DNA of 64,000 nucleotides from Kiritimatiellia bacterium (GTDB lineage Bacteria; Verrucomicrobiota; Kiritimatiellia; JAAZAB01): positions 10,066-74,065 of the forward strand of contig JAQUQV010000003.1 in NCBI GenBank assembly GCA_028715905.1, given 5' to 3'. The notes beneath the pieces are model-generated. The model saw only the letters and a list, made by a program, of their open reading frames with translations, was not told the origin of the DNA and did not search any database. The position numbers and the translations under genes are program-made. Position 1 is the stretch's first letter, and each line of letters starts with the position of its first letter. Below, piece by piece: positions 37,948 through 47,970 of this stretch.

Positions 37948-38865
37948 ATGGAACAGGTAGTCATTATCGGGGCCGGGCCGGCCGGTTACACCGCCGCGAT
38001 CTATTGCGCCCGGGCGAATCTCAGGCCGCTGGTTGTTGAAGGCGCGCAGCCGGGCGGCCAATTGACCACCACGACTGAAATTGAAAATTTTCCGGGTTTT
38101 CCCGATGGGATCGGCGGCGTGGAATTGATGGGGGTGATGCGCGGACAGGCCGAGCGGTTCGGCGCGCGCATCAGGGCGGGCGCGGTAACCGGCGCCGATT
38201 TCAAACGCCGGCCTTTCACGGTTAACCTGGAACAGGGTGTTCCGGTTGAAGCGGAATCCGTGATCATCGCCACCGGCGCCAGCGCCGTTTATCTGGGGCT
38301 GGATTCCGAGCAAAAGCTCATCGGCCGCGGCGTTTCGGGGTGCGCCACCTGCGACGGTGCCCTTTACCGCAACAAGGCCGTGGCGGTGGTCGGCGGCGGC
38401 GACACCGCCATGGAGGACGCCCTGTTCCTGACGCGGTTTGCCGCGGCGGTAACCCTCATCCACCGGCGGGATAAATTCCGCGCCTCAAAAATCATGGCCG
38501 AACGGGTAACGACCCATCCCAAAATAAAAGTGCTCTGGAACAGCGTTGTTGCGGAAGTGCGCGATGTTTCCAAGATGAGCGTGGATGCTTTGCAGATAAG
38601 GAATACGCTTACGGGGGAGATCAGCGTTCTGCCGGTGGCCGGCCTTTTCGTCGCCATCGGCCACAAACCGAACACGGATATTTTCAAAGGGCAGGTCGCC
38701 ATGGATGAGAAGGGATATATCATCGCTGAAAACACCCGCACAAATGTGCCCGGGGTTTTCGCGGCCGGAGACGTGCAGGACCATTCCTACCGGCAGGCGG
38801 TTACCGCGGCCGGCTCGGGATGCATGGCCGCGATTGAGGCGGAAAGGTTCCTGGGGAATGGATAA
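37948..38865 (+). CDS. trxB: thioredoxin-disulfide reductase
   Basis: FAD motif GAGPAGYTAA, redox-active CATC, NADPH GGGDTA. AAAGGA Shine-Dalgarno. Confidence 0.9.
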   Translation: MEQVVIIGAGPAGYTAAIYCARANLRPLVVEGAQPGGQLTTTTEIENFPGFPDGIGGVELMGVMRGQAERFGARIRAGAVTGADFKRRPFTVNLEQGVPVEAESVIIATGASAVYLGLDSEQKLIGRGVSGCATCDGALYRNKAVAVVGGGDTAMEDALFLTRFAAAVTLIHRRDKFRASKIMAERVTTHPKIKVLWNSVVAEVRDVSKMSVDALQIRNTLTGEISVLPVAGLFVAIGHKPNTDIFKGQVAMDEKGYIIAENTRTNVPGVFAAGDVQDHSYRQAVTAAGSGCMAAIEAERFLGNG

Positions 38866-38926
38866 GGAAAGATATCTCTGGCGGGTTTTGAGAGCGGGTA
38901 AGAAACGCTTTTGCGATTAATATCAA

Positions 38927-40681
38927 ATGAAAAACTGGATAAAAGAGTGGCAGACCTATAAGCGCTTGGTCGGCTATGCCCGTCCGTATTTATGGCGTTT
39001 GATCATCGGCGGGGGGTGCGGCGTGCTTTTTGCCGGCTCCACGACGGGTATGCTGGTGGCCGCGCGCAACACGCTGCGCGAAGTATTCCAGAACGCGCCT
39101 TTTTACCAGGTGTTTTTGATCGCCGTTTTCCTGCCCTTGCTGGCGCTTGGGCGCAGCGTCGGGCAGTTTTTAAGCGATTATTATATTCAATGGGTCGGCA
39201 ACCGCGTGGTAATGGATTTGCGCATTCTGACCTTTGCGCATTTGCAGGAGCTCTCGGTCCGTTTTTTTACAAAGAGCAGGACGGGCGAACTGATTTCGCG
39301 CACCATCAACGATTCCATGATGGTGGAAAGGGCGGTGTCGGTCGTGCTCGGGGACCTGGTCAAGGAGCCGTTCGTTTTCATCGGCGCGGCGGGATTTCTT
39401 TTCTGGCTTGATCCGTTGCTGGCTTTTGGCAGCCTGGTGCTGTTCCCTGTCTGCATATTGCCGATTGCCCTCTTCGGCCGGCGGGTGCGCCGTTACGCCC
39501 GCCACAGCCAGGAGCGCCTGGCTTCCCTTGTGTCAATCATGCAGGAAACCCTCTCCGGCATCCGCATTGTCAAGGCATTCGGCATGGAAAAATATGAAAT
39601 AGTAAGATTTGCGGATCAATGCCGTCTTTTCTTCAACCGCATCATGCGCGTGGCGCGCGACAAGGCCGTCATTGAGCCGCTGATCGTTTTCGTTTCCATT
39701 ATCGGGCTGGCCCTGGTGCTGGTTTACGCCCGCTGGACTAAAATGCCGGCCGAGAATTTTATAACCTTTGCCATCGCCATGGTTGCGCTTTACGAGCCGG
39801 TCAAAAAACTGAGCAAGGTGCACCTCAATATTCAGCAGACTTCGGCCTCCGCCGACCGGATTTTTGAAATCATGGATTCGCCGGTCCTGATTCACGATTC
39901 ACCCGCCGCAATTGAACTCAAAGGCGATGTGGATTCAATCCTGTTTGACAATGTCAGTTTTGCCTACGACGGGCCTTTTGTGCTGCGCAATATCCGCCTT
40001 GACGTCAGGGCCGGGGAAATGGTGGCGATTGTCGGCGGGTCCGGGGCCGGCAAGACCTCGCTGGTCAATCTGATCCCCCGGTTTTATGATGTCAGCTCCG
40101 GCGCATTGCGGATCAACGGAGCCGATATCCGCGGTTTTACGGTCAAATCCCTGCGCGCAAAAATCGGCATGGTTACCCAGGAAACGATTCTTTTCAACGA
40201 CACAATCGCGGCCAACATCGCCTACGGCCACACGGAAGCTTCGCGCGCTTCCATTGAGGAGGCGGCCGGCCGGGCCCACGCCCACGAGTTTATCCGGGAG
40301 ATGCCGGAGGGGTATGAAACCGTTATCGGCGAGAGGGGGGTGCGCCTTTCGGGCGGGCAGTGCCAGCGCCTGGCGATTGCCCGCGCCATCCTGCGCAACC
40401 CGCCAATCCTGATCCTGGACGAGGCCACCAGCGCCCTGGACACCGAGTCGGAACGTCTCGTCCAGGCCGCGCTGGACGAATTGATGCGGGGCCGGACCGT
40501 TTTCGCCATTGCCCACCGTCTTTCCACGATCATGCATTGCGATAAAATAATCGTGCTGGAAAACGGCGGGATTGTTGAAATGGGCGCGCACGAAGAACTG
40601 CTGGGGTTGAACGGCGTCTATCGCCGGCTCTATGACCTGCAGTTTGCCAATCTCCAGCCGAATGGCGTTGCGCGCGAATAA
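38927..40681 (+). CDS. msbA: ABC transporter permease/ATPase, MsbA-like lipid exporter
   Basis: Six-TM ABC exporter domain plus NBD (GGSGAGKTS, LSGGQCQRLAIARA, ILILDEATSALD). Confidence 0.85.
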   Translation: MKNWIKEWQTYKRLVGYARPYLWRLIIGGGCGVLFAGSTTGMLVAARNTLREVFQNAPFYQVFLIAVFLPLLALGRSVGQFLSDYYIQWVGNRVVMDLRILTFAHLQELSVRFFTKSRTGELISRTINDSMMVERAVSVVLGDLVKEPFVFIGAAGFLFWLDPLLAFGSLVLFPVCILPIALFGRRVRRYARHSQERLASLVSIMQETLSGIRIVKAFGMEKYEIVRFADQCRLFFNRIMRVARDKAVIEPLIVFVSIIGLALVLVYARWTKMPAENFITFAIAMVALYEPVKKLSKVHLNIQQTSASADRIFEIMDSPVLIHDSPAAIELKGDVDSILFDNVSFAYDGPFVLRNIRLDVRAGEMVAIVGGSGAGKTSLVNLIPRFYDVSSGALRINGADIRGFTVKSLRAKIGMVTQETILFNDTIAANIAYGHTEASRASIEEAAGRAHAHEFIREMPEGYETVIGERGVRLSGGQCQRLAIARAILRNPPILILDEATSALDTESERLVQAALDELMRGRTVFAIAHRLSTIMHCDKIIVLENGGIVEMGAHEELLGLNGVYRRLYDLQFANLQPNGVARE

Positions 40682-40772
40682 CTCCAAGCAGGTCCCTTTC
40701 CTGTATACATCCGTAAACGGTTTCGGTCTGCGGCATTATGCCCGTTTTGCGGGCCGGATACGGCCGCGCGGC

Positions 40773-41318
40773 TCACCGTCGGCGCAGGCGGGCGAGGATG
40801 TCGCGCACATAGCGTTTTGTAGCGGGATAAGTGATGCCATCCCAGAATTTATTCGCGTCGCCGCCGTCGTTTGCCGCCCAGCGCACGGCGTTTGACCGGC
40901 CGGCATTGTATTCCGCGAGGGCATAGGGCAGGGGATTGGGCTTGTTTGTCCAGCGTGCCATTGACCGTTGCAGATACCATGACCCGGCCTGGATGTTCGT
41001 TTCCGGATTAAAGAGATCGTTTTTTTTGAAATTGACTATTCCGGATGATTGCGCCCATTCCCGGGCGGCGTTCTCGGTTACCTGCATCAGGCCGATTTCG
41101 CCGTGTCCGCCGCGGCAATTGTGCTTAAATCCGCTTTCGCGCCAGATAACCGCCCGGATTAATTCCGGGGCAAGATTGTGTTCGGCGGCGGCTTTTGCGA
41201 TAATCTTGTCGTAGGCGTGCATCCGGCGCCAGCGATTGATGCCAAAGGCGGTTACAAGCGCGAGCGCCGTTATGAGGATAATCAGGCAATAAAGCCTCAT
41301 TTTCTGCGTGTTTTGCAT
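40773..41318 (-). CDS. lytic transglycosylase (Slt domain)
   Basis: SLT motif ..ELIRAVIWRESGF..GEIGLMQV..AGSWYL. Start lies 2 nt after the stop of the upstream membrane-protein gene; the exact start is uncertain. Confidence 0.78.
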   Translation of the reverse strand: MQNTQKMRLYCLIILITALALVTAFGINRWRRMHAYDKIIAKAAAEHNLAPELIRAVIWRESGFKHNCRGGHGEIGLMQVTENAAREWAQSSGIVNFKKNDLFNPETNIQAGSWYLQRSMARWTNKPNPLPYALAEYNAGRSNAVRWAANDGGDANKFWDGITYPATKRYVRDILARLRRR

Positions 41319-41319
41319 T

Positions 41320-43692
41320 TTAAGCACACGGCTGATATTTGCGCAGCAACGCCAGATAGGCGGCCAGGGAGAGGAGCGCCATGACGAGCATTCCGGGGTC
41401 AATATCGCGGAGCCATATTTGCGGCGAAGATGGATGAATATAAAGCGGCGCATAAACCGCGGCAGATAATACGATCTGCATAACCAGCAATGCAATCCCG
41501 AACGGGCGCGAGAACCAGAACGCGAGCAGGGCCAGTCCCGCCGAGAAAACGAGCGGGGTAAAAAGCGTGCCCTGGTGGATGAACGTGTCGGCGAACATAA
41601 TCAGACACCACGCCGCAGTCGTGGCGGCGCCGGCCAGCAGACACTTGAAACCGCCCGCGGAAAGCGATGTGCGGGGGACACGCCGTGCCGCCGCAAGCAA
41701 GAGAGCGGGCAGAACCAGAAGAAGCGGCCCGAGCGAGGGGATCAGATGAAAGAACAAAGTCAGCCGCATCCAGGCCAGAAAAGAGGACACATCCATGGCA
41801 GCGGGGTGGGGCATGATAAATGGCAGGCGGGCGAGGAGGGTAACCAGGTTCATCAGTTTCTTTTTTGCGATCTCGCCGAGCGGGAGGCGTGCATAAGAAT
41901 CCATGATGGTGGCGGTGATGGAACGCCCGTCCCACGGTGTTAAAGAGCCGCCGATATGCATTTTGATCAAGGCGTCGCCCGGGGGATCGTAAACTTTTTG
42001 AAATATCGTCCAGGAGAGAAGGAGAACGGCAAAAGGGACCAGCGCGGCGGCAATGATCCGGGCTGAAGGCCAGCGGCGGCAAAGGAGCGCCGCCGCCGCG
42101 ATGCCGGCCAAACCAAAAAAACTGCCGCCGTGCGCGAGCATGGCCAGGCCGGAGCTGGCGCCGATGATAAGGCCGGTGGCCAGATTGTCCCGCCGGTCAT
42201 CGCAACAATCCCGGAACAACAGCTCCGTCATCACAATAAACAGGAAGGGAACCGCCAGCAGTTTCGGCCAGACGAAGAAAGCGTTGACGATAAACACGGG
42301 GGCAAGGACGGCGAACGACAAAACGCCGAAAGCGGCAAGCCGTCCTGTTTTCAGTTGCCGCAAAAGTATCCATAATCCCGCCAGGGCCAGGCATTGCAGC
42401 GGAACCGCCAGGCATAAATAATGCAGATCAACGCAGTCGTTTTTTTCAGTGTCCATGAAGAGAGGCGATTGCAGGAGGACAATCCCGGTCTGCAGCGGCG
42501 GCCGGTCGCTGAAGCGCCATGTGTCCCGCCATGTTTCCACGATGGTGCGGCCGTTGTATATCTTTATCGCGCCCCAGAGCGGCAGGCATTGATCAACCGG
42601 GAGCGCGTGCGAAAAGCGATTGGTGGAGGTTCTTAACGGTTTTTCCGTCCCCCCGTATAAAAAACCGAACGAAAGAACGAAAATGCCGATGCTGGCGACA
42701 ATCGCCAGCGGCCAGACCAGTTCCAGCCGCATGGGCGGTGAAAAAAGACGGCGCCGCTCTTTCACTGCGGCGAAGACCGCCAGGCCGGCGCACGCGGCTG
42801 AAAATATTTTTCCGCACAAGGGATTCGCAAAATATATCCAGAATGCAAGGTATCCGCAGAAACAGGCGAGGATTAATACCGCCGCCAGAAACCGGCCCGG
42901 CTTTTGAAAACAAGCCGGCGGCAAGAAGAGCGCCAGCGCCAGACCCGGCAGAACGAAAAGGAAAAAATGCAGACAGATCAGCCCCGCGGTAAAAAACGGG
43001 CGGTTCATGAAAACATACCAGGGTGGCGGCTCATAATTCAAAAGGGGCGCGCTGACGCCCAACCATCCTTTATCCGGTCGGGCCGAGTTGTCGCCGGCAG
43101 TCAGGCGGACCGCGCGGCCGATCCAATTCGTCTCCAGCCGCCATTGAACCAGGCGCCAGGCGGCGCCCGGGTCTTTCACGGGGCAAAATTCAATTCTTTC
43201 CCCCGTGGCTGCGTCGGCAAGCATTATGCGATTGCCCGGATGCCGGGGATAGCCGGAGATGTAAAAGAACAATTTCGGGGGAGTCGTGAATTCTGCGGAA
43301 ACGAAAGCTCCCGTGGCCGCCGGCGTTGCCAGGGATGTCCATAACGGGGGCTTGCTGTCCGGATAAACGGCCGGCCAGTGAATGGCGGGATTGCCGTTGT
43401 TATCCGCAAAGGCGCCGTGGCAGAAAACGCGCTCCCGGTATTCGCGGCTGTTGCGGATTTCAGCGCGCAGTTCCCGTTCGTCCAGCCCGGCTCCGGCCAT
43501 GCGTCCGGCATAAAAATCCAGACCGCTTTCGTCGGGCGCGCGGTTTAGCAGTTCCGCGTAAACATTGGAAACAATGGATTCATAACCGGCGGTTGTGGCA
43601 TTTTCTTTTGAGAGCGCCGCGGGAGAAACGCACCCAAGGTAAAGCATGGCGCCGAAAAGCCCGGCAAAACAGATAAAACTCCGGCTCATCAA
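41320..43692 (-). CDS. large polytopic membrane protein with N-terminal extracytoplasmic DUF4214-like domain
   Basis: N-terminal signal/lipobox-like LYLGC, DUF4214-like segment (YAELLNRAPDESGLDFYAGRMAGAGLDERELRAEIRNSREY), then more than 12 predicted TM helices; 790 aa. Confidence 0.6.
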   Translation of the reverse strand: MMSRSFICFAGLFGAMLYLGCVSPAALSKENATTAGYESIVSNVYAELLNRAPDESGLDFYAGRMAGAGLDERELRAEIRNSREYRERVFCHGAFADNNGNPAIHWPAVYPDSKPPLWTSLATPAATGAFVSAEFTTPPKLFFYISGYPRHPGNRIMLADAATGERIEFCPVKDPGAAWRLVQWRLETNWIGRAVRLTAGDNSARPDKGWLGVSAPLLNYEPPPWYVFMNRPFFTAGLICLHFFLFVLPGLALALFLPPACFQKPGRFLAAVLILACFCGYLAFWIYFANPLCGKIFSAACAGLAVFAAVKERRRLFSPPMRLELVWPLAIVASIGIFVLSFGFLYGGTEKPLRTSTNRFSHALPVDQCLPLWGAIKIYNGRTIVETWRDTWRFSDRPPLQTGIVLLQSPLFMDTEKNDCVDLHYLCLAVPLQCLALAGLWILLRQLKTGRLAAFGVLSFAVLAPVFIVNAFFVWPKLLAVPFLFIVMTELLFRDCCDDRRDNLATGLIIGASSGLAMLAHGGSFFGLAGIAAAALLCRRWPSARIIAAALVPFAVLLLSWTIFQKVYDPPGDALIKMHIGGSLTPWDGRSITATIMDSYARLPLGEIAKKKLMNLVTLLARLPFIMPHPAAMDVSSFLAWMRLTLFFHLIPSLGPLLLVLPALLLAAARRVPRTSLSAGGFKCLLAGAATTAAWCLIMFADTFIHQGTLFTPLVFSAGLALLAFWFSRPFGIALLVMQIVLSAAVYAPLYIHPSSPQIWLRDIDPGMLVMALLSLAAYLALLRKYQPCA

Positions 43693-43695
43693 TTT

Positions 43696-44718
43696 TCACC
43701 AGGGGGCGGGAGAATAAAGGGCCAGAGCGTAGATGGTTGAGTAAATATTGGCGGGAACGGCGTTTGGTCCGCCGAGCGTGAATTCTGTTTTTGCCCGGCT
43801 GGCAATGTCGTCCCCGCGTCCGCTGTTGAAAACGATTGACCACATGCCGGTTTCATAATTATACACGGCCTGGTCGTCGTATCCGTTGCCGTCGTAATCC
43901 CCGGCTGCCACCGGCAGGGTCTGTCCGAATATTCCCAGCTGGAATAAATCCATGTAAGGGACAAAGCAGTCGGTTGTCGTCAGTTTGTAAACGCAAATGC
44001 CGCGCGGCACGTCAAACGTGCGCGAGCGGTAATTACCCGGCGCCGGCAGGGAACCGGAGGATCCCCAGACATAATAATCAACATAATCACTTTTGCCGGC
44101 CATATACAGTATGGACCAGGCGGAACTTTCCATATTCGTTCCCCGGTAATAATAACACAGGTCGTCCAGACCGTCCTGGTCATAATCAAAAGGCATGGGC
44201 AGTACCGTGTAGGTCCGGGGGGTTTCCCATGGCCGGAAATCGCCAAGATATCCCCACTTGACGCTGCCCTCGGCCTGATAACTGCTTAAAAAGGCGGTCC
44301 AATAGCCGGTTTGCGGATCATAAACGGCCAAATCCGTTGTCCGGTCGCCGTCATAATCGGCCGGCACCGGCCAGCAACCCGGCCGGCCGAATATGCCGGA
44401 ACCTTCCCAGCCGCTGCTGAGCTTGCCGCGCCACGTTGCGGTGGTTGTGTCAAAAACTCCGATGTCGGCTTTGCCGTCGCCGTCATAATCACCCGGCACC
44501 GGCCGGCATGCGCCGGAACCGAGGTATTCGGTGCGGATAGTGCCGCTCAATGTCTGGAAAATTTCCCATTTGCCGGAATCCGGGTAATAGACGGCGGGAT
44601 CCGTGCATCCATCGCCGTCAAAATCGTTGTTGACTTTCCGCAATTCATCCGCCGATACCCGCAAAAGTCCCGGCATAATAATTACCGCGCATGCTGCCGC
44701 CAAAATCCTTGTTTTCAT
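43696..44718 (-). CDS. secreted FG-GAP/VCBS repeat protein
   Basis: Four DxDGDGxxD-type repeats (FDGDGCTD, GDYDGDGKAD, ADYDGDRTTD, GDYDGNGYDD), signal peptide, GGAGACAAAA ATG Shine-Dalgarno. Confidence 0.7.
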   Translation of the reverse strand: MKTRILAAACAVIIMPGLLRVSADELRKVNNDFDGDGCTDPAVYYPDSGKWEIFQTLSGTIRTEYLGSGACRPVPGDYDGDGKADIGVFDTTTATWRGKLSSGWEGSGIFGRPGCWPVPADYDGDRTTDLAVYDPQTGYWTAFLSSYQAEGSVKWGYLGDFRPWETPRTYTVLPMPFDYDQDGLDDLCYYYRGTNMESSAWSILYMAGKSDYVDYYVWGSSGSLPAPGNYRSRTFDVPRGICVYKLTTTDCFVPYMDLFQLGIFGQTLPVAAGDYDGNGYDDQAVYNYETGMWSIVFNSGRGDDIASRAKTEFTLGGPNAVPANIYSTIYALALYSPAPW

Positions 44719-45053
44719 TTTTGTCTCCATTTCTTGCAATGCCCTTCCACTACATTAAATTAAGCATAATCCGTGCCAGGCGGCTCGTCTGATTCATATT
44801 GCATGGCCGGGCGCGCCTGAAATGTTATGCCATACTGTCTTCATCCGAATCCTGAGTGCCTTAAGAACAGCCCGTCGCCTTATGAAAGTTTCAAGCCTGT
44901 GCTTTTCGTGCGCTTAAGTTATCATTTTCTCAAAACATAGACAACAGAAAATTGGTTTAAGATTGCACAAAAGGGCAGGTTGTGATTATAGTTCTCCGAT
45001 TTCCATCCGGGAGGAAAAACGCGGTTGGAAACATAAGAATGGGAGGGACGAAC

Positions 45054-45908
45054 ATGCCAGGCCGATTTATGAAGATTTTTTTTGTCCGTTATGTGCCCAC
45101 GCGTTTTTACCGCGTGTTCAAACGCCATGTATTGCGGCTGGCGGATTTCCGCGCGGGCCGTTCGGGCGGGCGCAATCCTCTCATTCCCCCGGCCAGCAAG
45201 ACTTTCGTCTATGGCGTTGATCCCGATTTCAAGGTCATCGGCGGCGAATTTCTCAGGCATTTCATTGAACTGGGCGGGCTCAAGCCGGAACATAAGGTGC
45301 TTGATATCGGCTGCGGGATCGGCCGGATCGCGCTTTCCCTGACCGGATACCTTTCGCCCCGCGGCGAATACCGGGGTTTTGACATAATACGCGAGGGCAT
45401 CGTCTGGTGCCGGGAAAATATCACGCCGCGCTGCCCTAATTTCCATTTTGAAGCGGCGGACATTTTCAATCGGACTTACAATCCGGGCGGGAAATATTCC
45501 GCCGCGGATTTCAGTTTCCCATACCGCGACAACTATTTTGATTTTGTCTACACGACTTCCGTTTTTACGCACATGCTTCCGGCGGACATGGAGCATTACC
45601 TGGCCGAATCGGCGCGCGTGATGAAGCCCGGCGGCCGATGCATGCACACGTTTTTTATCGCCACCGCCGAGGCGCTCTCCCTCATGGCGCAGGGCCGGGC
45701 GGCTTTCAATTTTATATATGAACGCAAAGGTTATCGCACCGTGAGCAGACTGGAGCCGGAAAAAGCCGTGGCCTATGATGAGGCCGTCGTGCGCGCCCTT
45801 TACGAAAAACACGGGCTGACAATTCTTGAGCCGATCCGCTTCGGGAACTGGTGCGGACGGGAAAACTGCATCAGCGGGCAGGATGTTGTCGTGGCCGCGA
45901 AAAACTGA
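45054..45908 (+). CDS. class I SAM-dependent methyltransferase
   Basis: Motif I VLDIGCGIGR, post-I acidic residue. GGGAGGG Shine-Dalgarno. Confidence 0.8.
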   Translation: MPGRFMKIFFVRYVPTRFYRVFKRHVLRLADFRAGRSGGRNPLIPPASKTFVYGVDPDFKVIGGEFLRHFIELGGLKPEHKVLDIGCGIGRIALSLTGYLSPRGEYRGFDIIREGIVWCRENITPRCPNFHFEAADIFNRTYNPGGKYSAADFSFPYRDNYFDFVYTTSVFTHMLPADMEHYLAESARVMKPGGRCMHTFFIATAEALSLMAQGRAAFNFIYERKGYRTVSRLEPEKAVAYDEAVVRALYEKHGLTILEPIRFGNWCGRENCISGQDVVVAAKN

Positions 45909-45950
45909 TTCAATGCGGCCGCCCGGCCGGCTGATGGTCCACGGGGCGCT

Positions 45951-46823
45951 TCACTTTTCCGCAATTCCGCGGCAGGTTATGAATTGGCGGGGGCCGATCC
46001 CCATTACTTTGCGGAACTGGCGCGAAAAATAATTGCTGTCGTTAAAACCGGTTTGCAGAGCCGCTTCGGTAACGTTCATTTCTCCCTGGCGGAGCAGTTC
46101 CGCGCCGCGCATCACGCGCAAACGGATAAGATATTTAACCGGGGATAGTCCCGTGGCGGCATTGAAATGTCTGTGGAAATTGCGCGCCGACATGTGAACC
46201 GTTGCGGGCAAATCCGCCGGGCATATCGGCTTGGCGTAATTTTGCTCCATATATGCGATGGCCTCGGAGATTTTCGCCAGGGGGGGCTGGAAGTTTGCCC
46301 GGCGGTCCTCGTAATACCGGGCGAGGGAAGCGGCAATCAGCATCAAAAGCGCCTTGGCGGTGAAGGCGAACCCGGCCTTTCTTTCCTGCAATTCCCGTTC
46401 CAGGAAGCCGGTTAGATTTTGAATGTATGCCAGTTGTTTCAGGTTAAGATGCAGATGGGGCTTAAATCCGTAAAAAATTTTGGCCGGCCGGCGCGTTTCA
46501 AAGAGGGCGTGATAGCCCGGCAGGTCTTCCAGTTCCTTCAGCGGCAGGCGCAGGGGGCCCGGATAAAAAAGAACGTTGATCAGCCGGAGATTTTCAGTGT
46601 TGGAGTATCCGTGCGCGTTGTGTTTCCGGATTACAAAGACGTCGCCGGACGCGATCGGATACGATTCGTTTTCCGTGAAGTGAATGCCCCGGCCGCTTTC
46701 AATGACAACCAGCTCCATGAATTCGTGGTAATGAAAGTTTGCGGTGATCTGGCGGCTGATCCGCATGACCGCCAGGGGGAAATCGCCGAACCGCCATTGC
46801 AACAATGCCGCTTTTTTTGTCAT
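45951..46823 (-). CDS. AraC family transcriptional regulator (cupin plus HTH)
   Basis: Cupin N-domain, C-terminal AraC HTH. Confidence 0.85.
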   Translation of the reverse strand: MTKKAALLQWRFGDFPLAVMRISRQITANFHYHEFMELVVIESGRGIHFTENESYPIASGDVFVIRKHNAHGYSNTENLRLINVLFYPGPLRLPLKELEDLPGYHALFETRRPAKIFYGFKPHLHLNLKQLAYIQNLTGFLERELQERKAGFAFTAKALLMLIAASLARYYEDRRANFQPPLAKISEAIAYMEQNYAKPICPADLPATVHMSARNFHRHFNAATGLSPVKYLIRLRVMRGAELLRQGEMNVTEAALQTGFNDSNYFSRQFRKVMGIGPRQFITCRGIAEK

Positions 46824-46947
46824 GATTTTTTAAAACTCTCTGGCGGAATTGTGCTTGTTTTTGGCGGAATAATCAAGGCGGTATTTTTTATTTTTGCTAT
46901 ATTTGCTTCCGGGTTTTAAGAAAAAATCGTTTTTCGCGGGGCAAACC

Positions 46948-47967
46948 ATGAACACGCGCGAGCGTTTCCAGGCCGTTATGAATTTTCGTCCCTTTGACCG
47001 GCTCCCGATTCTTGAGTGGGCGCCGTGGTGGGATAAAACCCTTGCGCGCTGGCGTTCCGAGGGGTTGCCGGAAAATGCGGCCGACCGTTATGCCATCTGC
47101 CGTCATTTCGGCCTGGATGTTTATTGCCAGGATTGGTTCAGAATTTACTCGCCCGGTTGTCCCGCTCCGGCCAGCCATGGCGCGGGCATCATTTCCGATG
47201 AAAATGATTATGAACGGGTCCGGCCGTATCTTTATCCCGCCAACGCCGTGGATTTGGGGATGTGGAAAAAATGGGCGGATGAGCAAAAAACAGGCCGGGT
47301 TGTCCTGTGGTTTACGGTGGATGGCTTTTTCTGGTTTCCAAGGCAGTTGCTGGGCATAGAAAGGCATCTCTACGCCTTTTACGATCAGGCCGGCCTGATG
47401 CATCGGATTAACGCCGACCTTGTGGAATGGATGTCGCGCATGATTGACGATGTCTGCTCCGTCTGCGAGCCCGACTTCATGACCTTTGCCGAGGACATGA
47501 GCTACAACAAGGGCCCGATGCTTTCAAAAGAGCATTTTGAACAGTTCGTGGCGCCGTATTACGCGCGGATCATTCCAAAACTGAAGAAACATAACGTCAT
47601 TCCCATCGTGGATTCGGACGGCGATGTTTCCGTCCCGGCGGCCTGGTTTGAAGCGGCCGGCATAGAAGGCATTCTTCCCCTGGAACGGCAGGCGGGGGTT
47701 GACGTTTCGCAGTTGCGGCGGGAACATCCGGAAATGAGGTTCATCGGCCACTTTGATAAAATGACCATGAACAAGGGCGAGGCGGCCATGCGCGCGGAGT
47801 TTGAACGTTTGCTTCCCGTGGCGGCCAAAGGCGGATTCCTGCCGGCGTGCGACCACCAGACCCCGCCCGGCGTTTCCTGCAATGATTATCGGCTCTATAT
47901 TTCGCTTTTCAACGAGTACGCGCGCGAGGCGGGGCTTATGTCGCAGAGCGCGGCCGGGTTGTCTTGA
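46948..47967 (+). CDS. uroporphyrinogen decarboxylase (URO-D) family protein, MtaA/CmuA-like
   Basis: URO-D fold length and motifs. Trimmed to MNTRERFQAVMNF. Confidence 0.78.
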   Translation: MNTRERFQAVMNFRPFDRLPILEWAPWWDKTLARWRSEGLPENAADRYAICRHFGLDVYCQDWFRIYSPGCPAPASHGAGIISDENDYERVRPYLYPANAVDLGMWKKWADEQKTGRVVLWFTVDGFFWFPRQLLGIERHLYAFYDQAGLMHRINADLVEWMSRMIDDVCSVCEPDFMTFAEDMSYNKGPMLSKEHFEQFVAPYYARIIPKLKKHNVIPIVDSDGDVSVPAAWFEAAGIEGILPLERQAGVDVSQLRREHPEMRFIGHFDKMTMNKGEAAMRAEFERLLPVAAKGGFLPACDHQTPPGVSCNDYRLYISLFNEYAREAGLMSQSAAGLS

Positions 47968-47970
47968 AAC

